Assembly: GCA_963693365.1 (NCBI GenBank)
Contig: CAVNZM010000015.1
Span: 2,108,001 to 2,172,000, forward strand
Direction: 5' to 3'
Source: Amoebidium appalachense
Taxonomy: Eukaryota > Protista > Ichthyosporea
DNA: 64,000 nt
Under the pieces are notes generated by a model, which was given only the letters and a program-made list of their open reading frames with translations, did no database searches and had not been told where the DNA came from. Position 1 is the first letter of the stretch, and every line of letters begins with the position of its first letter. Below are positions 1 through 40,484 of the stretch, in pieces. The translations under genes were made by a program, and so were the position numbers.

Positions 1-266
1 GGTTTTTGATTTTGTTTGTTATTTTTTGTATTGTTGTTGTTTGAGAGTGTGTGGTGGGGGGTTTGAATGGAATATGGGTATCTGTCGTCCAATATCGGCA
101 TGTATGTGCATATTTATTCACACGAAAAGAGGAGGAATAGGCTACACACTGTTTCTTTACTCTCTGTGTGTTTGCTGGCGGCATATAGCCGATTTGAACG
201 GACGAGTCTTAATCCCACGTGCATGGACATATGTTCTAATACTAAATGTGTTGGACACTAAATTAG

Positions 267-7833
<7,567 letters not shown>

Positions 7834-8043
7834 AACCTGCTGCAGCCCTAATTTCGGCAAAAGAAAAAATTATTTCCTGCCGAATTTGAGCCAGCAGTCA
7901 CCTCCCTCTCTCTGTTTGACTCATTAGCCACCATTAACAGATAGGCACACTAAGGTCATGCCCTCATGCAGTGTGTGCATACACGAATGCACACGCACAC
8001 ATACACGTGCATTTGCATCGGGTGCAGCATGCGTGCACGTGCG

Positions 8044-8107
<64 letters not shown>

Positions 8108-8816
8108 ATTGCATAAATGTTTTATTATTTGGTCATGCTGTGCAGTTTGCCTCTGTTTCTGCACAGGAATGTGCTTGTCGGGGGCTTATTTAGATTTATA
8201 TTCGTTTGCCTTCGGGCACGGAATGGGATGTGGAGGCTAAATCTTGCAGCCTTTGGCTTGTTTTTAGATTTAAAGCAACTGCAAAGTGGCTTCGTTACAA
8301 GAATTTAGGCTCCACTTTTTTAGCTCCTAGGACCACCTACATCTGTGTGGGGTGATGGTGGAACTTGGGCTGGAAACGACATGCCTATAATAATTGACAT
8401 GTTCCGAATTGAAGCACGTATGCCATGTTTCCTTAACTGTTCTTGTGGATTGTATCATAAGTTTATGCCGTTTTTTTCCGAGGATTGCAAAATTTTATTC
8501 TGATATCAAACACGTTGAACTAGAGGGGGAGGGGGGGGGGGATCTGCATGAGGTTTTGCAATTGTTCGACCTATAGCAATTTGATTTAAAAAAAGGAATA
8601 ATAAACAAAATGATTGATATAGTTGAACAAGAATCCAACTGCTCTTTTCAACCTTAAGCCCGGATGTGTTGAAACTCCTGTCTCTCTCCGTGATAGTGCT
8701 AAGAAAATCGAGTGTTGAACCGATATCATTGCATTGTGGCGTGTCCATTTTGATGCTACATGTGGTATTTGGTCTTCCTGCTTCTAGAGAAAAGGGTTGA
8801 CACCTTTGCGTGTGTG

Positions 8817-8877
<61 letters not shown>

Positions 8878-9150
8878 ACCAATAGGGCCTTCATGGACAC
8901 GTGATCGAGCATCGTTGGTGTAATACATTTGAGTCTATGATATCTATTTGTGACCGGCCCAGCTAGCTACGAGCAGATCTAGCCCAATTGATACACGTGA
9001 TAGTTGGTCGGTGCACCATGAATAAAAATTGCTTGGCTGTTTGTCTCCCAGAACTAAATACAGCTGCAGTCAGACGCGAAGGAGGAGGAGGCCGGGGCCC
9101 CCGGCTAGAGGGGGGATCTGGAGAAATCTAATGTGTAGAGGGCACGCGCC

Positions 9151-9200
<50 letters not shown>

Positions 9201-9403
9201 GTTACACGCTCGAAGGCAACATGCTTAAGGAGTTAGGTCTTACTGAATTCCTACACACGCACATGCACAAACCACGCCTGCACAACCCGTCACAGTCCCA
9301 AACATACACGTGTGCAGGCACACATCGACATAGCACCGTAAAGCGGCCGTGGCATGGCATTCCCCCCCCCCCCCCCCCCCCCCCTTCCGGGCCGGCCCCT
9401 CCC

Positions 9404-9455
<52 letters not shown>

Positions 9456-9893
9456 ACCACCACCACCACCACCACCACAGCATACATATAAGGCCCGAAT
9501 GCATCACACGTATGCATCACACGCACGTGTGCACACGGGTAATCATAAGCACAAAGCTCAACATCATACGGTATATACCCGCATCTGCATTACACTCTCG
9601 CTTGCGCGCGGTATCATCTGACTCAGAGGTGGGCGCTTGAACTATGTACATTTACTGCTCATGATTCTACTACTATGATTCTTAAACCTTCACACGTTTC
9701 GAGCCGACTGCAAGTTTCTAAGTTACGAGGGCACCAATTAATTTCGGCTCAGTTTTTGTATGATAGTAATCACTTTGTAAAAATGAATAGCTGCTTCGAT
9801 CTAGCTATAAAAAAAAAAAAAACCGGAAACTAAAACGTAATTACAGCCCTTGATTTTGACACCCTCTCCTACCTTTGAGTGTCCAACGTCCCA

Positions 9894-9942
<49 letters not shown>

Positions 9943-10208
9943 CCCCAAAAAAAAAGAAAAGAAAAGAAAAAAAGAAAAAACAGAAACCACCCACCCCACC
10001 CACCCACCACCTAAACAGCCATTACATATCAAAAGAGACCGTGCCAAAGACGAAACAGAAATTTTTAAAGCCCCTACAGGGCCACTGGATCATATAATCA
10101 CGCAAATCAATTTGTTATTCAACCCAAGAATCGTGTGACCATCACACTATGTGGACACACACATGCATCATAAAGGCTACCACCATTCATTCATGCAGAC
10201 CCCCCCCC

Positions 10209-10263
<55 letters not shown>

Positions 10264-10667
10264 AAACCACCACTCCAATGCACTCCATACAGTAATACAC
10301 AAAAGCAGACACCACAACAAACCACATGCATTAACATCCCCACAAAAAGGGTTCTAAGCTTTGGAAAGCGGAAGGAAAGCGAGAATGCCGGAAGAACCTC
10401 CCCTCTCCCCCCCCCCCATCAACAAAAAAAAAAACACACACAACATACACACACACACACACACACAAAGAAAAAAAAACACACACACACATACACGCAC
10501 ATACACACACACACACACTCACACTCACATATACAAATCGCGATGCACCCTTTCCTAATACAGGTGGCAAATCTATGTACTAGAACAACGGTATTCAATC
10601 AACCCGTGCAAGATCTATTCTTATGAACATTCATTCCGAATTTTATGCCCAAATCACCCATGCAAGC

Positions 10668-29793
<19,126 letters not shown>

Positions 29794-31349
29794 GGTTGCC
29801 TGCTGAACCAGGATTCGAATAGGTTTTATTAGTCAACACCGTAGCCGGGTAGGAGAAAATAGCAAAACCTTTCAATATTAAGACCAAGCCTTGTTCCTAT
29901 GAGCAAGCAAATAAGATTACAACAGTAGCATGGGCCCTCCATCTGACTACATTGGTTGATCACATGCAAAGTCTGAGCGGAAACGTGCGACTCTGAGGGC
30001 CGGGATTTTGGCTGATAATTGAAATCGTATTTGAAAACCCGTCAAGGTCGTGAAGAAAATGCTGAGAATATTAGTGTGCGCCCTTGATGTACGATGTCTC
30101 ATGCATTGAAGTTTTGTGCATTACAGTCTCTAACCGCATGTTTATAAGAAAATGGGATCGTTGAGCAACAGCACTCACCAGTCACCTAGAGCACCCCCTG
30201 GGAGCGAAGAATGTGCTGTGCAGAGAAAGCTATAGAAGGTGCCACAGATTACTGGTGGGTGGGGCGCCTCACAAGGAATCACCTCAACAAAGTCATCTCG
30301 ATAGCATACAACGCCAACTCCGTCTGTAGGCTTATAATTCTTATGATAAGTTGGGTTATCCCGCCATCAACGAAAGTTATATATCCAGAGTCAAGCGATT
30401 TTCTCGCTTCTACTAACAATCGATTCCTGGAACTCAGATAAACTTTGCGAATTGACCGGGTGACAGGGGTTGGGAGCTGGTTTGTCTTGTCAATCTGGAC
30501 AAACGACCACAGCCAAGCAATGAAAAGATGTCAGGCTGCTGTTCCTTTGATATTGCTGTGATAAGCTGAAAATTGTGTTCTGCTTGATTGATTTTGTCAG
30601 AGCTACCACATTACACCATATCCAGAACTCAGATCGAAGGATGGAGCAGTTTCTCCATATAGATGTTCGAAAATGAGAAGTGTAATTTGATACAGTGGGA
30701 ATGAATGGTTGAGCCGACCGCTAAAGGGTGTGCGTGGACCAGAAGAGATTCAAGCGGCTCTTAATATTGTGTGTGGAACACAGCATTGCTATTTAAAGTA
30801 GACTAAGACCACATGCATGTAAATCGGCAGCCTGAACGATCCAGGATCTTTTTGAAAAACGGCTCAGATAAGTAATATGTTAGAATGATGTGTGCAGACC
30901 CTGCCTGGAATTGAACAGGCAGAAACATCGGCCTGTTCAGCCGGCTAAATATTGTTCCACACTATCAAGAACCTTTACAGGAATCACTATTGCGCTGTAC
31001 TAAACAGCCGCAGTTCTTGCAGTAACTCTGAGTTGCGTTGCACTTTTCTTGGCGCGCTCTGTTGCGGTTTTCGGTTTGACTGACTTGACTCACTTTGCGT
31101 CATCAGCGCGTATTTGATTAGCTGTTTCCTGCAGTTGCATGTTTGATTGGCCCTACACGCACCACTTTTGAAACCCCCAAAACACCTATGTGCGGGGGAT
31201 TCGGGGGGAAAAAAAATAAAATAAAAATTGTATCTGGAATACAGCAAAATTATGCAAAAACGAATGCTGCTCACTCTCAGACACGAGTAAATGATGAACT
31301 AATTATATAACATACCCGGAAAAACTCTGTAAACATACAAGTTGGCAAG

Positions 31350-32680
31350 CCATCATTGCTTGGCAACCTGGCCGCAACCAGGCTTTTATTCTATAGCAAT
31401 TTTCCCTACTGGACCACTGATCAATAAATCCCAGTTTCGTGTGTGGACTTTGTCTTTCGTGTACTTTCCTCCATCGTGAAATCGTTAGGTACTGACTGAC
31501 ACTTTGTCAGCCGTGGTTAACCAAATTCCCGTTTCTCAGGTTTTTATCGGTGACTTCAATTGTCCAGTGGTCCGTGTGATAGGGAACATACCCCGTCCCC
31601 AGCACAGTTTCGTCCTTTTTCTGACCGTGCTCGTGTCCTCGCCAACCTTCTTCGAAAGCACCTTGTCCGTCTTCCTCGCGTTTTCGCTAACCACGCGACT
31701 GACTGGGGTGCCTCGTTTTGGGACTCCACCCTTCGAGTAATTTCCCCACCCGATTCCTTACGGCGTAGTTCGGACCATTCCCCTGTACAATTTTCGGTTT
31801 CCTTCCCTGTTCACTTCGGCGGGGCTACTCAGACTAACCGCCGCCTCTTATCTCGCGGTTTCAAGCACAAGCTAAACCAGTTACTCGCCGCCAAGGAGTA
31901 TGAGTCGGTTCATGGCTTCTTTCTTGCCGCAATGCGCGACGCCCGTACGCAGCGGAACCCGGATATTTTAGAGGTTTGTTATAATGAGTTTGTTGAGTTT
32001 CTATTTGCCCTTGGCGAGCAGGTGGTGGGCACGGTTGAGTACCCTTCCGTTCGGCTGAGAGAATCTCACGTTTTGCAGTCCCTACGACAGTTGTTGCCTC
32101 TACAGGAAGCGTTATCGGTCTGGAAATCCGCCGGTCGGTTTGGGCCTTCCTGAGTGCAAGTCTATGCCCCGTCTCCTTCCATCTCCGTCGCTGAATCCGT
32201 CGATGACTATTATGCTTCCCTATTTTCGCTTCCTAACGTGTCCACGGTTCCATCACCGCCCGCTGGCCTCTCCCAGCCGCCGAGTTGGGAGCCGGACCGA
32301 TCGTTCCCGGGCACTTTTCACAATTATTTCAACTCTTCGGCTGTTTTTCAAGTTGGTGCTATACGGGCGTCAAACCCCGCAAGGCGTGCGGGCCGGATGC
32401 TCTTCCTCCCGTGCTCTTCAAGGTTCTTTCTCCCGTGCTTCCGCCCCGTTGTCGTGCAGAGTCCCCCCCGCCCCCGCCTTTTGCTGTCCTTCTTAGTGAG
32501 TTTTTTTCGGCTTTTTTCGAACTCGGGTTTATTCCAAATTCGTGGCTTGACACAATCGTTACGCCCGTTCGTAAGAAGGTATCGCAGGGGGTCATTAACG
32601 ACTTTTGTCCCGTCACACTTACCAACGTTTTTCGTCGGCTCTTCGGGTTGCATGCTTCGCGCGTTTAACACCGACGATTC
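31350..32680 (+). mobile_element. Degenerate non-LTR retrotransposon (LINE) ORF2 fragment: APE endonuclease + start of reverse transcriptase
   Basis: VYFPP (~31460), FIGDFN (~31545) and SSDHSPV (~31770) are APE-family motifs. KACGPDAL...GFIPNSWLDTIVTPVRKK...NDFCPVTLTNVFRRLF (32380-32650) matches the LINE RT N-terminal pattern KAPGPDG..W....I.P.PK....YRPISL. There are several frameshifts and stops, and the element breaks off into poly-C at 32683. Confidence 0.85.
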
Positions 32681-32784
32681 TTCCCCCCCCCCCCCCCCCC
32701 CCCTCCCCCCCCCCCCCCCCCCCCACCACCACCACCCCACCCTCCCTTATTCCACACTGCTTCTTTTCATTTGTAGAATCGCGC

Positions 32785-33110
32785 CTGCATTATGTTGCAT
32801 TCTACCCCCCCCCCCCCCTCCCCTTTGCATTCTAACCCCTTCTTCTTATGCATCCCCCTGCTCCCCGCCCCCACCCCCTCCCCCTCGCCCCCTCCCCCCC
32901 CCCCCCCCCCCCCCCCCCCACACACACACACCCCCCAAGCGCTCGTTTGCATTCTAACCCCTTTAGCATCCTTAACCCTCCCCCCCCCCCAAGCACTCGT
33001 TTGCATTCTAACTCCTTTAGCATCCTAACCCCCCCCCCCCCCCCCCCCCAAAGCACTCGCTTGCATTCTAACCCCTTTAGCATCCTAACCCCCCCCCCCC
33101 CCCCCCCCCC
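32785..33110 (+). repeat. Tandem array of GCATTCTAACCC...poly(C) tail modules
   Basis: AAGC(A/G)CTCG(T/C)TTGCATTCTAAC(C/T)CCTTTAGCATCCT(T)AACC+C(n) occurs three times (32937-33110), with shorter copies at ~32797 and ~32826. Confidence 0.85.
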
Positions 33111-33241
33111 AGCCCATTGGGCACTTCGAGGACGTATCCACGGCCATGTGACTGCATGGCATCCAGGTCCACCCCCAGCATGCAAACGGTGTGGTCTGTG
33201 CAAACAGCGGCCACCCATGCAGGGTAAGTAATACTTGACTT

Positions 33242-33272
<31 letters not shown>

Positions 33273-33345
33273 ACTTTCCCTTCCCTTTCTGGCCTGATGA
33301 TGGGCTGTTGTTCACGTGTTCTTCTCTGCACCAAGTGTACCGTTG

Positions 33346-33382
<37 letters not shown>

Positions 33383-33979
33383 CCCCCCCCCCCCCCCCTC
33401 TCTCTCCCCCCCCCCCCCCTTCTCTCTTTCTCTCACCCTCCCTGCATCCATCCATCTCTCCCCCCGCCCCCCTCCCCCAGCCACACCCTGCCCCCCTCTC
33501 CCCCCCCTTGTATCTCTCGCCCCATCCCCCCCCCCCCCCCCCCACCCCAACACCCCCCCATCTCTCCCCCCCCCCCCCCCCCCCCCCCCTCTCCCTCTGC
33601 GCTTGCCCGTCCTTTCTTCTATCTCTCTCTCCCTCCGGCACTCCCTCTTTTCTGGGTCTCTTTCTCGCTCACACACACTCTCTCTCTCCGTTCTTTTCTC
33701 CTTCCCTTTTGTCTCTCCCTCTTTCCATCCCCCCCCCCCCCCCCCCGGGGAGCTTCCTAGAAGCCCCGTCTCCTGAGTTCCTATCTATATTTTTCTTGCT
33801 TCTGCTTACTGCTGCAACTTTAACCCCCGGCCTTTCCCACTGCCCTTGCCTGCATAAGCAACCCTGCTCGTCTCTGATCAAGACGGGTGACCTACTCATG
33901 TTCAAGTGAAACAGTATCTGAGTTGGGTTTCGTTAACGAGGGGAATAGGTCGAAACTCGGGTACTGTGGATGACGTGGG

Positions 33980-34113
33980 CCCCCCCTGAGGATGGGCTCT
34001 GCTTATTATGCATACTCTTTATGTATGGCTTGCATTCTGCATCGTGTTATCCGTTTGTTCTTGTGTACTTCGTACTTTTTGACGCATTCAAACCACCCCC
34101 CCCCCCCCCCCCT
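33980..34113 (+). mobile_element. Dispersed ~115-bp repeat with poly(C) tail (copy 1; candidate retroposon 3' end)
   Basis: GATGGGCTCTGCTTATTATGCATACTCTTT...TTCTGCATCGTGTT...TGTACTTCGTACT...GACGCATTCAAACC then C(n). Aligns by eye with the reverse complement of 11661-11765, 18624-18728 and 18784-18886. Confidence 0.75.
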
Positions 34114-34204
34114 CCTTCCCCTGCCTCCTCTCCACATCCACTTACGTATCGGCATTAAAAAACGTGCTACTTCCAGGCTAACATATCCGTACGTCTCCTG
34201 GAAT

Positions 34205-34420
34205 ATCTATCTGCATTTTGTCAAGGAGCGACTTCCGGGCTAACATATCTAACTGCGAATCTATCTGTGTGATGACAAGAAATGACTTGTGGGCTAATGT
34301 GTCCACCTGCATATCTATCTGCATAATAACAAGGAATGACTTGTGGGCTAGCAAATCCACCCGCATTTCTATCTCCATTTCGACAAGACATGACTTTCAG
34401 GCTAATATATCCACGGGTAT
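34205..34420 (+). repeat. Degenerate ~54-bp tandem repeat
   Basis: ATCTATCTG...AAG(G/A)A(A/G)TGACTT...GGCTAA units, about 4 copies. Confidence 0.7.
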
Positions 34421-35400
34421 ATCCACAGGAGACACTGTTTACAATGGGCAACCTGAACGAGAAGCAGGTCAGGGCAATGCACGAGGCTAAGGTGGCTGGC
34501 AAACCCCTGTGCCCAGCACACGTTGCCAATAGGTGAACACCTTTAAAACACCTTTAAAATTTAAGAATTTAAGTTATAGTAGGCGTACAATGTCATGTTA
34601 AAGATCACATGATGCCACGGTGTATAAAATTATACCTGCTAAGGTTTGTGTTTTCTTTTAATCGCAGAGCTCTGCAAATCTTGCAGACCTGTGTTTGTCT
34701 GTGATGTCTGTAGGTTTCTGATCATGATGACGGTAGACCCCTTCATGGTCTCTCTCAGATCCATGCAACTATTATTATTGTTCAGTGATTACTATAAAGA
34801 TAATCCTTAATGTTGCTTTGTTGATGTTTGTCATCAAAGAAAATGTTGTTGGAGGCTTTTTTTTGTGTAATGCACACACGAAGCATATATGCAGAGGGCT
34901 TATAACTTGTAGTTTGGGGAGTGAGTAGTGATTGTGTTTCCTGCCTTGTATCCTCCCCTCCTTCTGTTTTGATTTTTCTTCTTTCTTCTTTCTTGTTTTG
35001 TCTTTTTCAGTTTTCATTTTTTCCTTTTTCTTTTATTTTCTTTTCTTTTTTCCCTTTTTTTTTGGAGGGGAGGGAGGGGGGGGGGGGGGGGGGGGGGGCT
35101 AGCGATGGTTCTAGGCTGATGTCAAAATTATCCAGCAACTATATACATCCATTATCTCAATTATATGGGACTTAGGGACATTGACGGTGCCACAAAACAC
35201 TGACCACCGAATCTAGAAACGTTCGGGATTTAACATGGTTAGCTGTGCAGAGGCCGAAAGAACACCAAGATTGTGTATGTACTTGTAACGTCTGTGGTTG
35301 TACATATTATCAGTACGTAGGCCTGTTTATTTCTTCTAGAATGTATAAGCCGGTAAAGGTGTGCCTTGGCTAATAATGTAACACAGCCCCTCTCCCCCCC

Positions 35401-35431
<31 letters not shown>

Positions 35432-36221
35432 AAAAAAAAGAGAGAGAGAGAGAGGGAGAGAGGGAGAGAGGGAGAGAGGGAGAGACGAGAGAGAGGGGGA
35501 GAGGAGGGAGGAGGGGGGGGAGAGAGAGAGAGAGAGAGAGAGGAGGAAGGAAGGAGTGTTACGTAAAGTGCTGTTTCTACTGCAGCCGAAATTTCTGGTT
35601 CATACATACTATAATATTAGTGGCCACAGCACATACTCGTGACTCTGGACCCTCCCCCCCCCCCCCGCCCCACCCCCCGCAACCCAAACCCCAAACTCCA
35701 AAACCCGAATATCCTCAACCGGTAACCTCACTGCCCCACCCAAATACGAAGCAGAAAGAAAGAAACGCACTGGCAACCGTGTGCATATGTAATAGGAATC
35801 ATCACAGTTATTTTTGTCATCTCTGCTCACTGTCCACCGGTACATCCCACGAAAAAAGAGAACAAGCTAGATAAAACCGAAACAGATAGCTAGCTAGACT
35901 GTCACATGTACCTTTTGAAGCCACGGGACAAACTCATGCACTTGACGGGCAGCCGTGACGGTGGCCTCCAGGGCCTGTGTGTATATATGTGTGTGTGTTG
36001 TGTGTTCATGAGTGTGTGTGTGTGTCTGTGCGTGTACGTGTGTGGGTATGTGTGCGTGCATGTGTGTTGTGTGCGTGTGTGCGCGCGTGTGCGTGCGCGC
36101 GCGTGTGTGCACCTATGTGTGTTTATGTGTGTAATCGTGCATGCACGTGTGCGCGTGTGCATGCGCGCGCGCGCGTGCGTGCGTGCGTGCGTGCGTGCGC
36201 GGTTGCGCGTGCGTGCGTGTG

Positions 36222-36256
<35 letters not shown>

Positions 36257-37738
36257 TTGCGTGCGTGCGTGCGTGCGTGCTTGCGTGCGTGCGTGCGTGC
36301 ATGCGCGTTTGTGCTTGTGTGCGTGCGTGTGCGCCGACCGGTGTGTGTGTGCGAGTGTGTGCTTGTGCAACCATCGAGCATGCGACCAACTGTCGAGAAG
36401 GGGACTGGGGGGGGGGGGGGGGGGGGGGGGGGGGGATTTGTCAGCACCGTGGCATAGTGGGTACCGCTAGCTGAGAAAGTGTGTGTTGTTTTTTTTTTTT
36501 TTTTTTTTTTTTTTTTTGGAGAGTTCGGGAAGTGAGGGGCATGGCCGGGCTCCTGTTTTTCTGCTGCTGGGTTCGAATCATCCCACGGCCGATAAAACAA
36601 GATGTCTCAAATCGATGAGCCATTCGCTAATGGCAGCACATTAAAACCATATTTGGTTTTCTGTTACCAGATAAGCTTTAAACGTAGCCTGATTCGAAAA
36701 ATGTCATTACCCTATTACTCTTAACTTCTATTTTGCACCACGATTCGTTATTCAACAATTATTTTCGCCTTTCCGTTAAACAATTTGAGATCCTCATTAA
36801 CCCGCCGCTTCTTTTTAGACAAGGGCCCGTACAACTGCAGCAATGTTTTTTCGCCATGGCCGAGCTCAATGCATGCGAGCACATTGCTGTGTGCCCGGTG
36901 CACCTGAGGCACCTCCTTCTTGCACATACACTATCGCTGTTCCAGCGCAAACTAGGAGCCATAGACTGTGTGCTGGCCATGAACTTTGTTGATCTCCTGT
37001 CTGTTTATGGGCTTTTGCAGCTGCTGCCACGTTGGCGTTCGACCTCAAGAGCACAAATCATTGAGGACGGAATGTGCCACCCACTGTGTGACACAAATGT
37101 ACGGAACGAAACTTTCGGTGTTTACATTTCCGGCCGCGGTCAGGCCAGCACCGATCTCCCGGGACCCCGTGCTGAGGCCATGGGGACAGGTGTGCACTCA
37201 TCATCACTGCTCTGGTGGTGCAGTAGTGTGTTTGGGCACTTGCAGGCATGGGGCTTACATCATGAGCTTGGATGTGTGGGGAACCAGAGTAAACGCGCCG
37301 ATGGAATATGTATGTACAACGAGCTTAGTGGTCATGCAGGCAGGTATGTGTTTAGCTGCTAGAGCTGTATTGCCATGACATGTTGAATGTATGACAGTGG
37401 GATTTAAATCATCTGGTTTCAAAACGATCTCACATGTGCACCATGGCTACATCCACAGCTTCAGAGCCGCATACTATCCTCATCAAACAGAACTTGAGGC
37501 CAACAGCAAAACTGGCGGCAGCTCTCAGGTGCTCTATAAGTCACATTCGCCAAGCCAGGCCTACAGGGGAAAAGGTGCCCACGGTCACCTTTCTACCGAC
37601 CACAGATGGCACACATTCTTGGCAATGCGCCATTGGAGATGGCGCCAACCGCTGTACAATGGGTGACATTGCACAAGCTGCAAGTGACCTTGGGTAAGTG
37701 AGGCAGCATATGCATAGCTCAACAACCAGCTTTGCTCC

Positions 37739-37773
<35 letters not shown>

Positions 37774-37946
37774 ATAAAGAAAAGGAAAAAAGAAAAAAAG
37801 AGAAGGAAGCAAACACCCTGTGTGTTTAAATGTGTGTGTGTGTCTTCTTATGAACAGCCCATGTGACATGGTGGATCAATGTGCATGTCTATGTGTGGGG
37901 GGTGTGCATACTTGGGGAGAGGGAGGGGAAGGGGGGCACCCCCATA

Positions 37947-38004
<58 letters not shown>

Positions 38005-38629
38005 CCCCACCCACCCTCCGAGTCCCTCCCCCCTCCCCCCCCCCCAAAAAAAAAAAATAAAAATAAAAAATAAAAAAATAAAAAAAATAATTTTAATCAT
38101 GCATACTAAGCATACAGACACCTCCACTGTGCATCCTCTTCCTCCAATACCTTTTCCCTGTTTTGCATTCAGCCCTGACCATATCGGAGTGTGCATTTTA
38201 GTTTACTGCATAATCATGGCCTGGCATGGCTTTACTGCGAAGCTATGGGGGCCCGGCCCAATGCAGTATCTTACCAGTCATGTTTTTTCCACATATCATG
38301 ACAGACCAAAGTTTACCTTTAGGCACTTGGATATCACCAAATCGTATGGGTTTTCTATTGCCCGTTGGGTAGGAGGTGGGTATGGCTTAGTGTGCTTAGA
38401 TGTCATGACATTTTCTTGTGCACAATGCTACTAATACATGCCATGACCTGATACATGGAAACTGTTGTATTGTGAGTGTCAGGCCATAGGCTGCTGCAAC
38501 TCGGACATTATGATACCATACGAAGGAGAGGAAAAGGGAAAGTGCCGAATTGAGCTGTGGAATCATAGATAGTCTATCTTTAGGGCCACCATGCATACTA
38601 ATTATCCACCCCCCCCCCCCCCCCCCCCG

Positions 38630-38663
<34 letters not shown>

Positions 38664-38836
38664 CATGTGCACACTGGCCCCCATACACTCACACACACAT
38701 CTCAGCCACCACCCCAACCTCCACTTCCACCACTACCACTAAGCAGCAGAAAAAGGAAAGTGCCATGTTGAGCAGTTCTAAAAATGATGTGGAATAATTA
38801 GACCCATCATGCATACTCATCTTCTTTTTCCCCCCC

Positions 38837-38883
<47 letters not shown>

Positions 38884-38992
38884 ACAGTGTAACACACACA
38901 CTCATACACTTCTTCAGCCCCCCTACCCCCACTCAAACAACACCACCACCACCCCAACCAGTACTACCACCACTAACACTACTAGATGGCCG

Positions 38993-39193
<201 letters not shown>

Positions 39194-39735
39194 ACACACA
39201 CACACGATTGCAAACAAACATGGCATGTGCTGTCTCATAACATTCCCATTGGCATGCGTCGAAACCCTCCCCCCTCATAAATGCAGGCTTCTTGCACTTC
39301 TGGCCAGGCTGCAAAACCATGGCAATCAAGTTTGTGTCTGCAGAAAGCTGCCCACAGGGGTTTCCATATCCACAAACCTGCTTTACGACGGTGCTGTTTC
39401 CATGTCAGTGGCTACTCTATGACCACGTTCAGCTTCGGCAGCACCTGACCCAGGATTTGAATACACCCCCCAATGTGACGGATTTTTCGGATTGAGGTAA
39501 GCCTTCAATAGTCTCTCCAGAGACCTTTGGTAGCCTACTCCCTTGGGCTCTCTTTCAAAAGGCACAAGTAGCTTACTCTCTGGTCTAGCACACCCTCATC
39601 CATTCCCACTCTCTCTATTATTATCTCACCCCATCTATGTCTCACTAGTGTCCAGCATTGAATCTCACACTCTCTCTCCTCCCTTGGCTCTCTCTCTCTC
39701 TCTCTTTCGCTCTCTTTCTGTCGCTCTTGTTCTGT

Positions 39736-39767
<32 letters not shown>

Positions 39768-40225
39768 CTCTGTCTCTCTCTGCCTCTCTGTCTCTCTGTC
39801 TCTCTCTTCTCTGTCTGTCTCTTTCCATGCTCTCCTTCTCTCCCCCCCCCCCCCCCCCCCCCCATCCCCGCCAAGGTGTCTCTCTCTCCCCCACTTTCAC
39901 ACATGCACACACACACACACTCTCTCTCCCCCCCACCCGGGGCCCCCCCCCACCCCTCTCTCCCTTACTCTCTCTCTCTCTCTCTCTTTCTCTCTTTTTC
40001 AGGCTGTCTCTAACCGAGTCTTGCTCCCTGTCCCCATCTCCCAGATCTCTCAGTCTCTCTCTTTAGAAGGCTCTCTCCCTCTCCCTCTCTCTCTGTCCTC
40101 TCTCCCTCTGTCTCTCTCTCATCTAGGGCTCTCTCTATCCCAGTCTCTCTCCCTCTCTCCAGGCTCTCCCTAATCACTCTCTCTCTATATGTCTGTCTCA
40201 GTCTCTGTTTTGCTCCCTCTGTCCC

Positions 40226-40256
<31 letters not shown>

Positions 40257-40258
40257 AC

Positions 40259-40306
<48 letters not shown>

Positions 40307-40330
40307 ATCCCTCCTCATGCTGTATGTGGG

Positions 40331-40432
<102 letters not shown>

Positions 40433-40434
40433 TG

Positions 40435-40484
<50 letters not shown>

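Noticed and set aside
32826-33092. Telomere-like TAACCC motifs
   Set aside because: Single, non-tandem occurrences that are the end motif of the dispersed repeat; not an interstitial telomere array.
33945-34000. Possible hammerhead ribozyme (GAAAC...CTGAGGA; also CTGATGA at 5747 and 33294)
   Set aside because: Core-like words are present, but stems I and II cannot be paired.
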